A DNA stretch of 64,000 nt from Yuukianura sp. NJ FZ-2021 (lineage: Eukaryota). The first letter of the stretch is position 1; each line of letters opens with the position of its first letter. Under the pieces are notes generated by a model. That model saw only the letters and a list, made by a program, of their open reading frames with translations. It was not told the DNA's origin and made no database searches. The position numbers were made by a program, and so were the translations under genes. This document shows, piece after piece, positions 12,698-25,088 of this stretch. Location: NCBI GenBank assembly GCA_046563655.1, contig CM102289.1, positions 3,720,001 to 3,784,000 of the forward strand. Direction: 5' to 3'.

Positions 12698-13845
12698 ATG
12701 CTGATAATCATTAATCATGATTTCTGTAATAATCAATAGGAGTAGGAACAATCCGCTTAATGTAATCCGCTAAATACTGCACAAAATATTGAAATTAACT
12801 TTTTGGAACATGCTAACTATTATGCATCCATTTCCTAAATTCACAAAGAACCAACCGGTGTCCCATTCCTGGAAGAAAGGCGTGGGATTATTGAATAGTT
12901 ACTCCCTCCAAATAATAAACCAAATTCAATGCACTTAAAGAGATCCTTTTAAAGTGAAAGTTAATGGGTTGATACCTCCGGTCCCTAATTAATTTTGCAC
13001 AGTCACTCAACCAATGTTTCTCTTTCAAAGATATCCTGTTTCCATTTTCACCAATTGGAAAGTCATACTCACTTCACTCGTCATTCTTCAAAGATCGTAC
13101 AATTAGTAACAGACACCGCCCTTTGTGCTGAAATTCCTTTTTACACCTAACTATGCTCTTAGAAACACATCAGAAACGACATTTTAGCACCTCTCAATTT
13201 ATTCGAACTTTTTTTTTACCTTTGTCTTTAGAATCCGATTATCAGTCATCTTTCTTGAATTCGATTACACGCACGCTTTAATTCGGAATTGCAAAATCGT
13301 AATTTGGAGATGCAATTTATTTAAGTTCTTCGGTTTACCTTTATCTAGATTAGTCGTACAACACACTTCAGTTTTACAAAACAAGTTGTGAATTTCGTGA
13401 TTACCGTGATTTCCATTATGATGATCCAAAATCAGAAATATTTCTTTATTAGCAGCAAATAAAATTTCTCAGCAACGTTAATGATTTGCAAATAGTAGTG
13501 ATAATAACAATAATATGGCAAATAAATTTAATTGAATATGAATGATTTGAATTTAAAAAAAGTAGCACTTTTGAATTATAAAAAGCAGAAAACTTCAGGA
13601 TGGAGTTGTAATTCGAAGGGTTCCGCCGTGAATTACCTTGAAAAACAAAATACTATGTCGACCAAAAGTTCATGGCCCTTGGATTCAGGTGAAGTTGAAG
13701 GGCACAGACGAATAGTCTTTATGTACCCTTATTTTGTACATAAGATGTCCTTCACATTGTTTTACCTTTTGTAACCTTGTAAACATAAAGGTCAAATTTT
13801 GTCTGAAACTGGGTTTCTGGAACCTTGAATTCAAATTTCAAAAAT

Positions 13846-13852
13846 TATAAAA
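13846..13852 (+). promoter_or_regulatory. TATA box candidate
   Basis: TATAAAA about 120 nt upstream of the ATG at 13967. Confidence 0.5.
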
Positions 13853-13966
13853 TGCAGGGTCCGCCTGGGGTTGACATCGCAGATCATCCGAAGCAGCGAA
13901 GTTGGCTTCTTTTTGAAAACTTGGGAGCACTCCAAGAATCAAATACAACAACTTTTCTTTAAAAAA

Positions 13967-15223
13967 ATGAATTCGAAAATACAGGTTACGTTAGTGGCGC
14001 TTCTGGGTTTAGTGGTACTACTGGAGTCAACCATGGTAATTGTCTCAAAAGTCGGAATGTATCTCAGAGTTTCAAAATTTTGAATTTTGAAAATGCTTAA
14101 ACTTCTTTAAATTTCAGGCACTGCCACGTGGATTCAAACCTCAGAGAGTTCAAGGTCGGAGGTCAACTGGGCCATCGCCAGCGGCACGCCAAATGCCAAT
14201 GGGTTTTAGACATCCCATGTCACCATCTAAGGTACAAACGCTTCAAATTTTTCAAAAACTGCACTTATACCTTCGAAAACCACAACGCTAAATTCTCATT
14301 TGAAAATGTTTTCAGCGTTTTGCTAGTCCACCAATGACTAAACCTGTAGCTCCTCGACCTACCAAGCGAGACCAATTCCCGTTCAGTCTGAGTAGCATCT
14401 TGGGCTTATCGTCGGACTCGAGTTTTTCCAACAGCTTGACGTTTCCATACACTGGTGACTCGGCAACTGTACCCACTTCACTAGACGATGCATTCAAAAT
14501 GGGATACTCCGCGGGGAAATCTGTCGCCACTGGAGACATTTTCAGAAACCAATTTAAACCAAACGTAAATGAGATTTTCTAAATGAATTTCAACTTTGAA
14601 CTAAACAATTTCTGAATTTAGTGTGGGCAGGATGACGTATATGGATATGGCGGGTCACCGTGTTCCGGAACTTCATACAATTTCTATTTACCACAACAAA
14701 CACAGCCGATGAACTACTTCCCGGATCCTGGATTCACCTATGTTACGGATCCCGGATTCACTTATATTACGGATCCAGGAGTTACTTATATCACTGACCC
14801 TCTATATACTACTCCAGATGACTCTGGACTTATTACGACAATTCCCGTTAACGAGGATGACGATTACTATCCAATTGACTACGTCACACTACCACAAATT
14901 TATCCAGACACATTGACGTACATTCCGGACAACACCAATGCTGGGATGCTTGTCGACCCACCAATCGTTTTACAACCAGACACTTTGGTCGTAAGAAAGT
15001 TAAACGCTAAAATAACATTTGCTTTGAAAATATTGCACTGAATACCGAATTTAACATGTGACAAACCTTTGTTGCCAAGCAGGACCAGAACGCGGCGTCG
15101 CCGGTCCTTGTCTCCGCGGACGGATCTGTCACCCCAGTTGCCATTGACTCGGACGGCACCGTCCTTGTTCCAGTCGGAACCGTTGATCAACTCACCGTTT
15201 CTGATGTTCTGTCCAACCAGTGA
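13967..15223 (+). CDS. Secreted Pro/Asp/Thr/Tyr-rich protein of unknown function (about 313 aa)
   Basis: Exons 13967-14035, 14118-14231, 14316-14564, 14622-14990, 15083-15223, all phase 0. Signal peptide, basic N-terminal part ending in KR, DPGFTY(V/I)T repeats, acidic tail. Confidence 0.75.
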
Positions 15224-15839
15224 TTCTAGGTGTACTGATGCCACCAAGCCATTTCCACAACCATTCTTCAATCTCCGATTCGTTGACGTTATTGCACGCG
15301 AAATTCCACCAATAGCCACCACCACATTTTTAAGTAAAAAGCATCTCTACCTCTATGTCGCCTGTGCCGGGATTCTATCGATCTCACTTTGTCTAATTTT
15401 TAGCCAAACATGTGCCTCGACCTTTGACAGATTTTTTCTTATAGCAAAAAACGTAATTGTTGAAGTTGGAATTGAAGTGGCTGCGGATTTAGTTATTTTC
15501 GCTGTTATTGCATCAAATACGCTCAACCTTTGGTAAATTCTGACTGGAGTACTAATCCTAAGTTAAAAAATATATCCTCAGTTAATCTATGTATTTAGGG
15601 AGGGAATGGTTAATTTGTAAATTATTGCTCAAATAAATACCGCAAACCTAAAAGGCAAATCTGTTTTTCGTAAATTCCTATTACCATTCGTATTAAATTC
15701 CTATAACAAGTATTGTCTCGCAACGAAAAATAATTGGTATAAAAATTTCAGAAACGCATTTACATTAAATACTTAATTTACAGTTAATTCCAATTTTTTT
15801 GAATGGAAGCGTTGTCTTGGCTTATATCTCAGGTGTTTC

Positions 15840-15853
15840 GCGCCATCTAGTGT
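15840..15853 (-). promoter_or_regulatory. CTCF-type insulator motif candidate
   Basis: Reverse complement ACACTAGATGGCGC matches the CCASYAGRKGGCRS core except at the first base. Confidence 0.45.
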
Positions 15854-16891
15854 CATCTATCTAGTCATTGCAATCAAGTGTAAGGCGTAACGAGCATCAT
15901 TGTAGCCACTCCGCTATTTTGTGGCTACAATGGGTAGGCAGGCATGGTGGGGCAACATTGTGGGGCAGCTTATGTTGACACATTAAGGTAGCGTAGGTTG
16001 GGGTAAGGTGGCTGCTTAAGTTGCCACTGAAGTGTAGCTACGCATTGCAATAATTAAAAACTTAAAAACGGCGGATTCGCAACATTGTGCGACTAACATT
16101 GTGACAATAACACGGGTTAATCCGTATGGCGACCGAAATACGGCCGGTGGCAGTTGTCAGCTGATGGCAGTGCTTTGAATGAAAGCAGTGGATTTGACCT
16201 TGAAGTATTGTATTGTATTTGAGTTTTGTTTCATCATCAAATTACGTTTTACGTAAGGTTTTGATTTTTCAATTTGTTTTTCGTTATTCCTCCCAGTTAT
16301 CTCTACCTTAAAGTGTCATAACTCATACCCGTAAAATTGGTAGTACCAATTTGGTACTTTCCAGAAAGAAAGATCCTATTGAATTTGGCTTGCTCCGTTC
16401 GTTCTTAGTATACTTCTTCAACTGTCACTCTTCCATCGTTCGGTTCCATCCTCCTTGTTTAGTAAGCTGTTCTCATAAAGCCATCATTCATGGGTACTCC
16501 TGGACCGAAGATTGAAGATGTCACTGACTGGTTTTAGAAATTAGAATAGAAGGGTGAGTTAACTGGAATTTTATGGATTTTTATGATTAACTACTGCTTT
16601 CTGCGTCCTGCTTGCATAAACAGGGTGGCAATTGTTCGTGAATATTATCTTTTATAGCCATAAATATCTATGCGTGGATATTGAGACTTAATGTTCGATA
16701 TTTAAGTCATTTTCTAGAAAGTACTGACTTTGGCCCAACCCTTGTCGCTTTCATCCATGTTTGCAAACTCTTTACCAGCTAAATTGCTGTTTTCAGGGTA
16801 CTACGGTCGTCAACTTTTAATTCCAAATCCCAATTAACAAGAAACAACTAAACGAGGGGATACTAATTGGACTTTAGATGAAATAGGTGAC

Positions 16892-19800
16892 ATGGAGTAC
16901 TGTCCGCCAAACGTTACGTTGCAGCAGATCTGGATAAACCATGGATTCTCGCCGTGCTTACTGGATACTGTCGTATACGGACCTAGTCTTGGATTCCTGT
17001 TAGTCTTTGGGACTATTCAGCACTGGTTCTATAGAAAATATGCAACGAGTGTCCAGTTCTTTGCGTTGCCATATTCGCAACTCTTTGGACTTCAGGTAAC
17101 TAAGTTATTATGTTATGGTTTGAAGGCTTACATATGAGTGCAATTATTATAGGTGACCATCAATTTTGTCTTAAAGTTTTATCTTTTTGTGTTTCTGTAG
17201 ATCGCACTTTGTGCACTGATTCCAGTGCTGGCGATTGTTCGAGTAATCCTAGAAGTCACTGTATTGAAACCGGGGATTATTTATGGCTATATGGTACTTA
17301 CTCTCGTTGCTGGGATCGTGTGCTGGATGGTCCTAATTTCACTTATCCTGACGGAGAGACTGAAAATGCTGCCATCAGTTGCACGACATGGTCATGGGCT
17401 CATCATTCTAATTTTTATAACTTGGGCATTTGGAACTCAGAACCTGAATTTTCTCAACCTTCAAGGGACCGATTGGTTTTTCAAACTAAGCACATCTTCG
17501 GATATCACTCGTTTTGTGCTCTTCGTGCTTGAGTATACTGCCACGTTGGGAGTATTTATTCTGACACTCAAGGCACCCGGAATTCCTTCTTTTCGAAACT
17601 CGGAAAGCTTTACTCGGTTACATCCTGATGGTGACGATGGGGGAGAGGAAGGGGCAAACAGTCGCAGGGCACCATCAGGTCTACGAAAATTTTATGAACA
17701 ACTGAAGATGCTTGGTCCTTTCATCTGGCCTGCCAAGTCTATTAAACTTCAGTTCTATGTTGTCATATGTTTCCTTATGCTCATCATCGGGCGTATCACA
17801 AACGTCTACGTCCCACTGTATAGCAAATTGATCGGTATGTGTGACATCCATACTTTTTTTTTCGTTTATCAGAATTGTGATAACATTTCTTAACATTTGT
17901 TGTTTACTTTTTCCAGTTGACAGCATGACGATTTCAGACAACTCAACTGCATCGTCATACTATGAACATGTTACGTCTATTGGAGTCTCTGCGTTGCATC
18001 TGACTTTCCGTTGGGATTATATTCTCATCTACGTGTTCCTCAAAATCATTCAAGGGGGAGGACAAGGAAATAGTGGACTGATCAATATCATACGCAGTAT
18101 GCTTTGGATATCTGTTGAGCAGTATACTGCTCGGGAAGTTCAGGTATGGATTTTCTTTTGAACGTTTTTCATTCGTTGTTTTTTGTCGTTGTTGAGTCAC
18201 TTGAAGTGTTTGAGTAATAAGATTTTTGGTTTGTTTTTGCCAGGTTCACTTTTTTGAACATTTGCTGAACCTCTCATTACGTTTTCACTTGCAAAGAAAA
18301 ACTGGAGAAGTTCTCCGTTCCTTGGATCGAGGCAATGAGTCTGTAAACAGCATCCTCAACTATCTTGTCTTCAGTATTGTCCCAACCATAGCAGATATCA
18401 TAATCGCCATTGTATACTTGACTGTGTTCTTCAATGGTTGGTTTGGTCTTATCGTCTTCACGACGATGATTCTTTACTTGGTCGCAACATTTACCATTAC
18501 CGAATGGCGGACCAAATTCCGTAGAGCAATGAACCAAGCCGACAACGCAGTAAAACAGCAGTCAATAGATTGTCTCATCAACTTTGAAACTGTGAAATAC
18601 TACACAAACGAAAAGTACGAGTCGAAAAGAATCGCCGAAGCCATTGGACGATATCAAAAAGAAGAGTGGAAAGTGACCGGGAGCATCTGTGTTCTCAACA
18701 TTGTGCAACTCAGTCTGATTAACTTCGGCCTCTTAGCCGGTTCACTTTTGTGCGTTTGGATGGTTGTCGTCGATCATTCAATGACAGTTGGAGACTACGT
18801 GTTGTTCACTTCGTATCTGATGCAGCTTTACGGTCCCTTGAATTTCTTCGGAACGTATTACAGGTACATAACTTACAGCTTAGGATATTTACGCCTGATA
18901 TGTTTCAAACTTTGCTGTATTCTGAAATGTTTCCCGGGAGTACTTAGTTCCCGCTGCTTCTCAGTTTTAATTTTACTACAACCTCCTACAGTCCTACATT
19001 ACGTTATATTACGTTTGTTTTTTGTTTTTAGACTCCTACAAAGATGTTTCATCGACATGGAGAACATGTTGCAGCTATTAAAGGAGGAGCAAGAAATCGT
19101 CGACGAACCGGATGCAAAACCGCTTCAAATCGAAAATGGAACTATTGAGTTCAGAGATGTTTCATTCAAGTAAGAAAACGTTAATGACTATTCATTACTT
19201 AACAACCTTTAGTAAATGTGAGTTGTAGGTTAACAAATGCATTATGATTTTACCTTTTTACCTCAACAGCTACTTGCCAGGCAAGGAAGTTCTAAGAAAT
19301 GTTTCTTTCACTGTCCCCGGAGGCAAAAGCGTTGCGTTGGTATGTTATTATGCCGGTCAACATCTTTTGTGAAACTCCTGTCATATGCTTGATAAAGCCT
19401 GCTAAAATACTTGAACTCATTTAGGTTGGATCATCTGGTGGCGGAAAGACTTCAATCATTCGGCTTCTTTTTCGTTTTTATGACCTTGAGAATGGAGAAA
19501 TCTTGATCGATGGGCAAAATATTCAGAAGGTCACTCAAGAATCCCTTCGTCAAGCTATCGGCGTTGTTCCTCAAGACACGGTGTTGTTCAATGACACTAT
19601 CAGGTACAATTTGCGCTACAATTCAAATAAATTGACATAATCAACCGTTTATGTATTGTTTTTTTTTAGAAAAAATATTTTATACGGACGAGTTGGGTCT
19701 GATGAACATGAGATGGAAGATGCCGCAAAAGCAGCATGCATTCACGATAAAATCCTCACATTCCAAGACGGATATGACACCTTGGTACGTTGGAAATTAT

Positions 19801-20423
19801 ATGCTTCTCGTTGTTTACGTTCAAGTTAAACTTTTAGCAATTCGTGGGTGATTTTCTAATTTTACTTTAGGTTGGAGAACGTGGACTTAAACTCAGTGGA
19901 GGGGTAAGCCTTTTCTCAGTGATGTAAATATTACAGTTGGGAGATATTTTACTTCTACTGACTAAAAATGTTTGTTTCCATTTTTCAGGAAAAACAAAGA
20001 GTTGCAATAGCTAGAACGATTCTCAAAAATCCTGCGGTGATACTTTTGGACGAAGCTACTTCAAGCCTAGACACTCATACTGAACGCTTTATCCAGTCAT
20101 CTCTTCAAAGTTTATGTGAAAATCGAACGTCCATCATTGTCGCGCATCGTCTTTCTACTATTGTCAATGTAAACCAAATCCTGGTGCTCAAAGATGGTGT
20201 CATTGCGGAGTCTGGAACTCACAACGAGCTTATGGCAGCAGGTGGACTCTATGCAGACTTATGGAATGAACAACTGAAAAGCTCTCATGTTGAGGACTTG
20301 AACGAAAACCAAGATACTGAAGGCGCTGAAGGTGGCGGTGGGGATGAACCAGCGGAAAGAGTAATTGAACCATCAAAGCCATCATCTTCTCGCCCCCATG
20401 GGAATCAACATGTAAAGGCGTAA
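16892..20423 (+). CDS. ABCB6: ABC half-transporter ABCB6 / HMT-1 (about 884 aa)
   Basis: Exons 16892-17095, 17201-17834, 17917-18143, 18244-18863, 19032-19169, 19270-19339, 19425-19603, 19670-19784, 19871-19903, 19989-20423. N-terminal MEYCPPN...GFSPCLLDT extension, [16 protein letters not shown], Walker A GSSGGGKT, signature LSGG|EKQR, Walker B ILLDEATS. Confidence 0.95.
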
Positions 20424-21107
20424 AAGTATTTTAGGTCCAATGCATTTAGGTGGAACTGGAAGTTATGTAATAAGCGAATAGTACGGGTTACCTTTATCGG
20501 TATTTACCTTTTATGAGCAAAATAAAGTTTATTTCGGATTTTCAGCACTTGTGTGATTCTGTTCAACTTATAGATTGAAAAAGTAACTTTTTGATTTCAT
20601 TGTTTCAGATTTAGCATCAACTACTAGCATGATTCGATTACTATAATTTTAAATAGGTTTACTAATTTATGTTCATTACAAGCATGTTACGGTTAATTAG
20701 CAATCAGTTTTAAAAATAAACTTAACCCATTTTTTCACAGTCAAAGCATTCAATGCATGATTGAAATAGCGCAAAAATTGAAAGTTGAGATTCTGATTTC
20801 ATTTGTCATTTGTTTTTCTTTTTACAAAACCGAGGCAGGTCAGCGTAAAAGGTTCAATTCATTCCAATTTCAAATCGCATTAATCGGTTTGAGTTCTAAT
20901 TGATTTGATGAGTAGTAGTAGCAGTGCTCAAATTAATTAATGATTTTGAAGCTGCCTTAGTTTTGGAAGGGAATTTATTAGAGAACACGGTAATATTTCT
21001 CCATCCTGAAAATTCAAACTTGTGTAATTAAGAAATTTAATGAAATATTTAAATGAGAGGGAATCGATGTATTTCTTTACTTTTTCGTTTTTAAGGAATA
21101 CATCAAC

Positions 21108-22601
21108 ATGCGGCATTTGATTAAATTGCTTCGTACTGTACATACTGCTGCCCTTCCTTCGCCGTCGTCGTCCAAACGGGCTGCTTCGAGAGCAACCAGT
21201 ATTTTCGTGTATACTGTTGGAGCCGGAATCGCAGGAGGAAGTATTTTGGCTGCGTACAATGGCTACGAAAAATGGCGTCTAAGTAAACTACCAGCAATCC
21301 CAAATAATGAGCCAGAGAGTACATACGTTCTAACTCAAAAACCAGCATTCAAGCCATCAAGAACAGTACGTTGAGTCCATATATCTTATATAGTCGTTCT
21401 AGATTGTTTCTGCTTTGTAATTGAATAAGTTATTATTTGTATAGATCAAGTACCCACTGGACACAACAGGATTAACCCTAACACTCTACCAATATCAGAC
21501 GTGTCCTTTCTGCTGCAAGGTTTGGTAGCATCGTGTTCTTGAAGCACAATTCCACTGTCCGTTCTTCCTTCACAGTTATTTCTTTTCCTTAGGTTCGAGC
21601 AATGCTGGATTACTTTGGAATTAGCTACAGCGTTGTGGAAGTGAACCCTGTGCTGAGAACCCAGCTAAAGTGGTCAACAAATTACAGAAAAGTGCCTATT
21701 TTGATTGTTGAAACGCCGGAGGGAGACACGCTACAACTCAACGACAGTTCGATGATCATCAGCACTCTGTACTCGTTCTTGATTAATCAAAAAAGTGTTT
21801 CAAAAATAACTGAAACAGCAACCACCGCTGGGGCTGAACATGGCGAACTCAAAAACCCTATTTATCATATAGCAAACTTCTACCCTACCATGAAGTACAT
21901 CGTATGTTGTCCAATAACATAATCAATTATACATTTTAATCATTAGCAGCCATAATAAGTTTTGATCCTGCCTTTTAGGATAACAATGGAGTCGAGCAAA
22001 AAGATATAATGAACAAGTACTTTCTGATGTACGAAGAGGATTTACAAGGAAGAACGAAGAGCGATTTACTAGAGGAACGAAAATGGCGGGCCTGGGCAGA
22101 CAGGGTTTATGTCCATACGCTTTCTCCAAATATTTACCGAACGTTTTCTGAAGCCGTGGACTCATTTCACTACTTCGATAAGGTTTGTCTGCTTCCTTTT
22201 GCTAACTGAAAAACTAAGTTTAAGCGATGAGTTTTATTTCAATGTAGGTCGGTGAGTGGGAGAAAAACTTTGCAAGTTGGGAAAGGGCTTTGGTCATTTA
22301 TGTTGGGGCAGCCGCTATGTGGATGGTTGGCAAACGTCTTCAAAGAAGACACAATCTCAACTCGGATGTGAGGAAATCATTGTACCAGGAAAGCGATCAC
22401 TGGATGGCTAAAATCAAAAAGAAGAAGAACGGTCCATTTATGGGAGGCCAGAAGCCAAACCTAGCAGACTTGGCAGTATATGGCGTACTCAGCAGCATCG
22501 AAGGATGCGAAGCATTTCGAGACTTGGATGACCACTCATCCATTGTCAAAGACTGGTATCGTAAAGTTCAACAGCACATTGGTCAACCAGCGATGACATG
22601 A
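21108..22601 (+). CDS. PTGES2: Prostaglandin E synthase 2 (glutaredoxin/GST fold)
   Basis: Exons 21108-21365, 21445-21519, 21593-21901, 21979-22182, 22248-22601. LYQYQTCPFCCKVRAMLDY, VVEVNPV, QLNDSSMIIS, PNLADLAVYGVL. Confidence 0.95.
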
Positions 22602-22822
22602 AGAACGCGGCCTACTAATTTAGAGTTCTAGCCATGCCATGTTCAAAGCAAATTAAACCTTTTGGGTTTTATTCTTCATTTGCCATTTATGTTGCTGAAG
22701 AGTTAGTTCTCGAGCAACTTCACGGTTCCCACCCAACGTTGTCATCCTTCGAAGGAAGTAAATACTAGTTCTATTTAAATACTCATTACAATACTGCACC
22801 AACCGTTTTATGATAATTTTGA

Positions 22823-24166
22823 TCAAGGAAATTTTGGAAACTTCGGAGATCGAACTTTCTCCTTTGGGTTACAAGTGAAGCCCAATACTAAAGTGATGAG
22901 TCCACCTTTTGTCACGCGCTCCACCGCATACTGGTTATCGTCTCCAGAAGTAAACGCCAACACTCGTCCTGGAAAAGAAAAGGAGTCAAACGGGTCGAGG
23001 ACTCTTCCAGTTTTCGACTTTTCTTACCTTTACGTCCCTCAACTGTTCTGTTTTTGGAATCTGAATCTGGAAATATTAGCCTGCCCCCAGTGTAATCCTT
23101 GCCAAAATCCGAAAGATAGATTATGGCAGAGAAATGCGAGGAAAATGCTTTCTGAAATACAAATAAGACTTATGATTAGTAGTATTCAAGACTAAGTGAT
23201 TATGTTGGTGCAATATACACCTTACCTGGTGAACCAGTAGCTGGAGAAGGTGGTCCTTCTTCTTCCCAGTGGGCGTTAGTCGGGTAAACAGTGCTGTATT
23301 GAGCCTTAGTTTTGAACTGTCTATTTTGAAGTGTTGAGAGATCATTTGATGTACGGCATTAGAAGTAGACCTAAAAAAGAATAAAACAAGGTTTCAGTTC
23401 TAAAATCTTCTATTTGTTCGAAAGTTCTACTCCTCTTTACTGGAGATGTTCGCCATCTTGAACTTGGAATATTTTCTTTGTTTCTCCAGTATTTAAGTGA
23501 AGTAGATCAGACTCCTGATCGTGGAGTAGCTTTCCTGTCAGTAAGTCATAAACTCCTGAACGTTCGCCTCCGTAAGCAAAAATCCGTTTAGCTAAACTTG
23601 AGACAAAAATTTCCGGCGTCCCATCCAATAGATCCGCCAGTATCCTACCACATTTCGCTGGTTGACAACCTGCACGACAAGTAAAAAACTTTCAGTTAAA
23701 ACTTAGTAGGCAGTATGGGACCATATATTGCTTAATTGACCTTTGTAGTGCTTCGTTTCCTTCAAGTAATCATCGGAGCATTTAGTGTCGAAGGCTCGTC
23801 CTTGAATATTCTCATCGAATTTCCCGAAGCTGGATTCTTTAACAGAAGGGCTATTGAAATAGACGATTGCCATCAATCCTATAATCAGGGCAGACCGAGA
23901 CCACAGTCTTTGTCCAGAAAACGTTGGCATCGGACCATATCGCAGTGGAACCCTGTAATAACAGTAATTACAGCTAACCGAGGCCATTTTGCATTGGAAA
24001 TTGTGGTGCTTATACAAATTAATAGAGTCTCCTTTTACGTTGAACCTTCAGCTTTTGGCTTGTCAGTTTCCGCATTTTCTACTGGTGCTCCACTTTCCCC
24101 TGGTTCCGGAAGTAGCTGCTCCTTTTCCTTGTTTCTTTTTGTTCGTTTCTTTAACTCCGAAGGCAT
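22823..24166 (-). CDS. OGFOD3-like 2OG-Fe(II) oxygenase-fold type II membrane protein, apparently lacking catalytic ligands (about 327 aa)
   Basis: Exons 24166-24039, 23952-23741, 23669-23441, 23370-23226, 23151-23028, 22968-22823 join in frame. RLWSR plus TM, CQPAKCGR, IIYLSDFGKDYTGGRLIF, VEGRKGRVLAFTSG, GFTCNP. Confidence 0.85.
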
Positions 24167-25088
24167 GTTAATTGTCCGAAAATCGTAGAGGTGCAATCAA
24201 TTGTCGATCTGTCCTACATACACCTATTCTCCTCTTTGGTTCCTTTTACCGATTCGTTTCCTTTCTCGTAGTGTATCGCAACTCCACGCCTAGGAACGAT
24301 GGAAGGCAGCCCTAAAATGACAACAATATCGAATATTTGGTTTGCCTTTTTTTTATTTCCTACAAGTAATTGTTCAAGTACTACACTATTTAATAAGATT
24401 CGTAACAAAACCTGTTGTTGGTAGTGGTGATTGTGATTGGTGAACTCTTGTCCCTTCGCCCGTCACATGTTCCTATCCTGTCAATAATCCTGTAAAACAA
24501 CAACAACATGAATAAGAAAAGGGGTTTTAGGAATACTCTGACTCGTCCGAAATCTCTGATATTCATTGGTATGCGAATTCTCCGATTAGTCTGATTTCAT
24601 ATGCTAAACTCCATTCAAAATCGTAAGAAATAACAGATGATTCTGATTTGGCAGAGGATTAGTAACCATTCTGATTACAAAAATGCTAACCTTGTCTATC
24701 TCAACCAAAACCCAAAACAAACTGAATGAATTGAATCTTATTACAGTTTTTTTTATAATAAATCTGGATTCCTGGATCAAATCAGAACAATTTATGTTTA
24801 ATCGTAAACAGATTTCGAGTTAGTGTTATTGCGTGCTGTAATTTAAATCCAACTCGTTCTACTTCCGATAAACTTAACCAAGGAACTGGTCCAACTCCAT
24901 TCGAGGGAGAAGAGAAAACCACAATCCTCTCGCAATTTGGTACTGCTAATACTAGTTACGATTGATTGGTTTTAGTTAGGATTAAAATACAATTTACAAT
25001 ATATTTAACATCGATACATATATCTATGTCGTTGTGAATCCGCAATATGCTTCTATTCTGACGTAGGTTTTACCAACAAAAAGCAACA

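Noticed and set aside
15069..15536. 155-aa ORF in the track
   Set aside because: Wrong frame; the spliced last exon starts at 15083 and stops at 15223.
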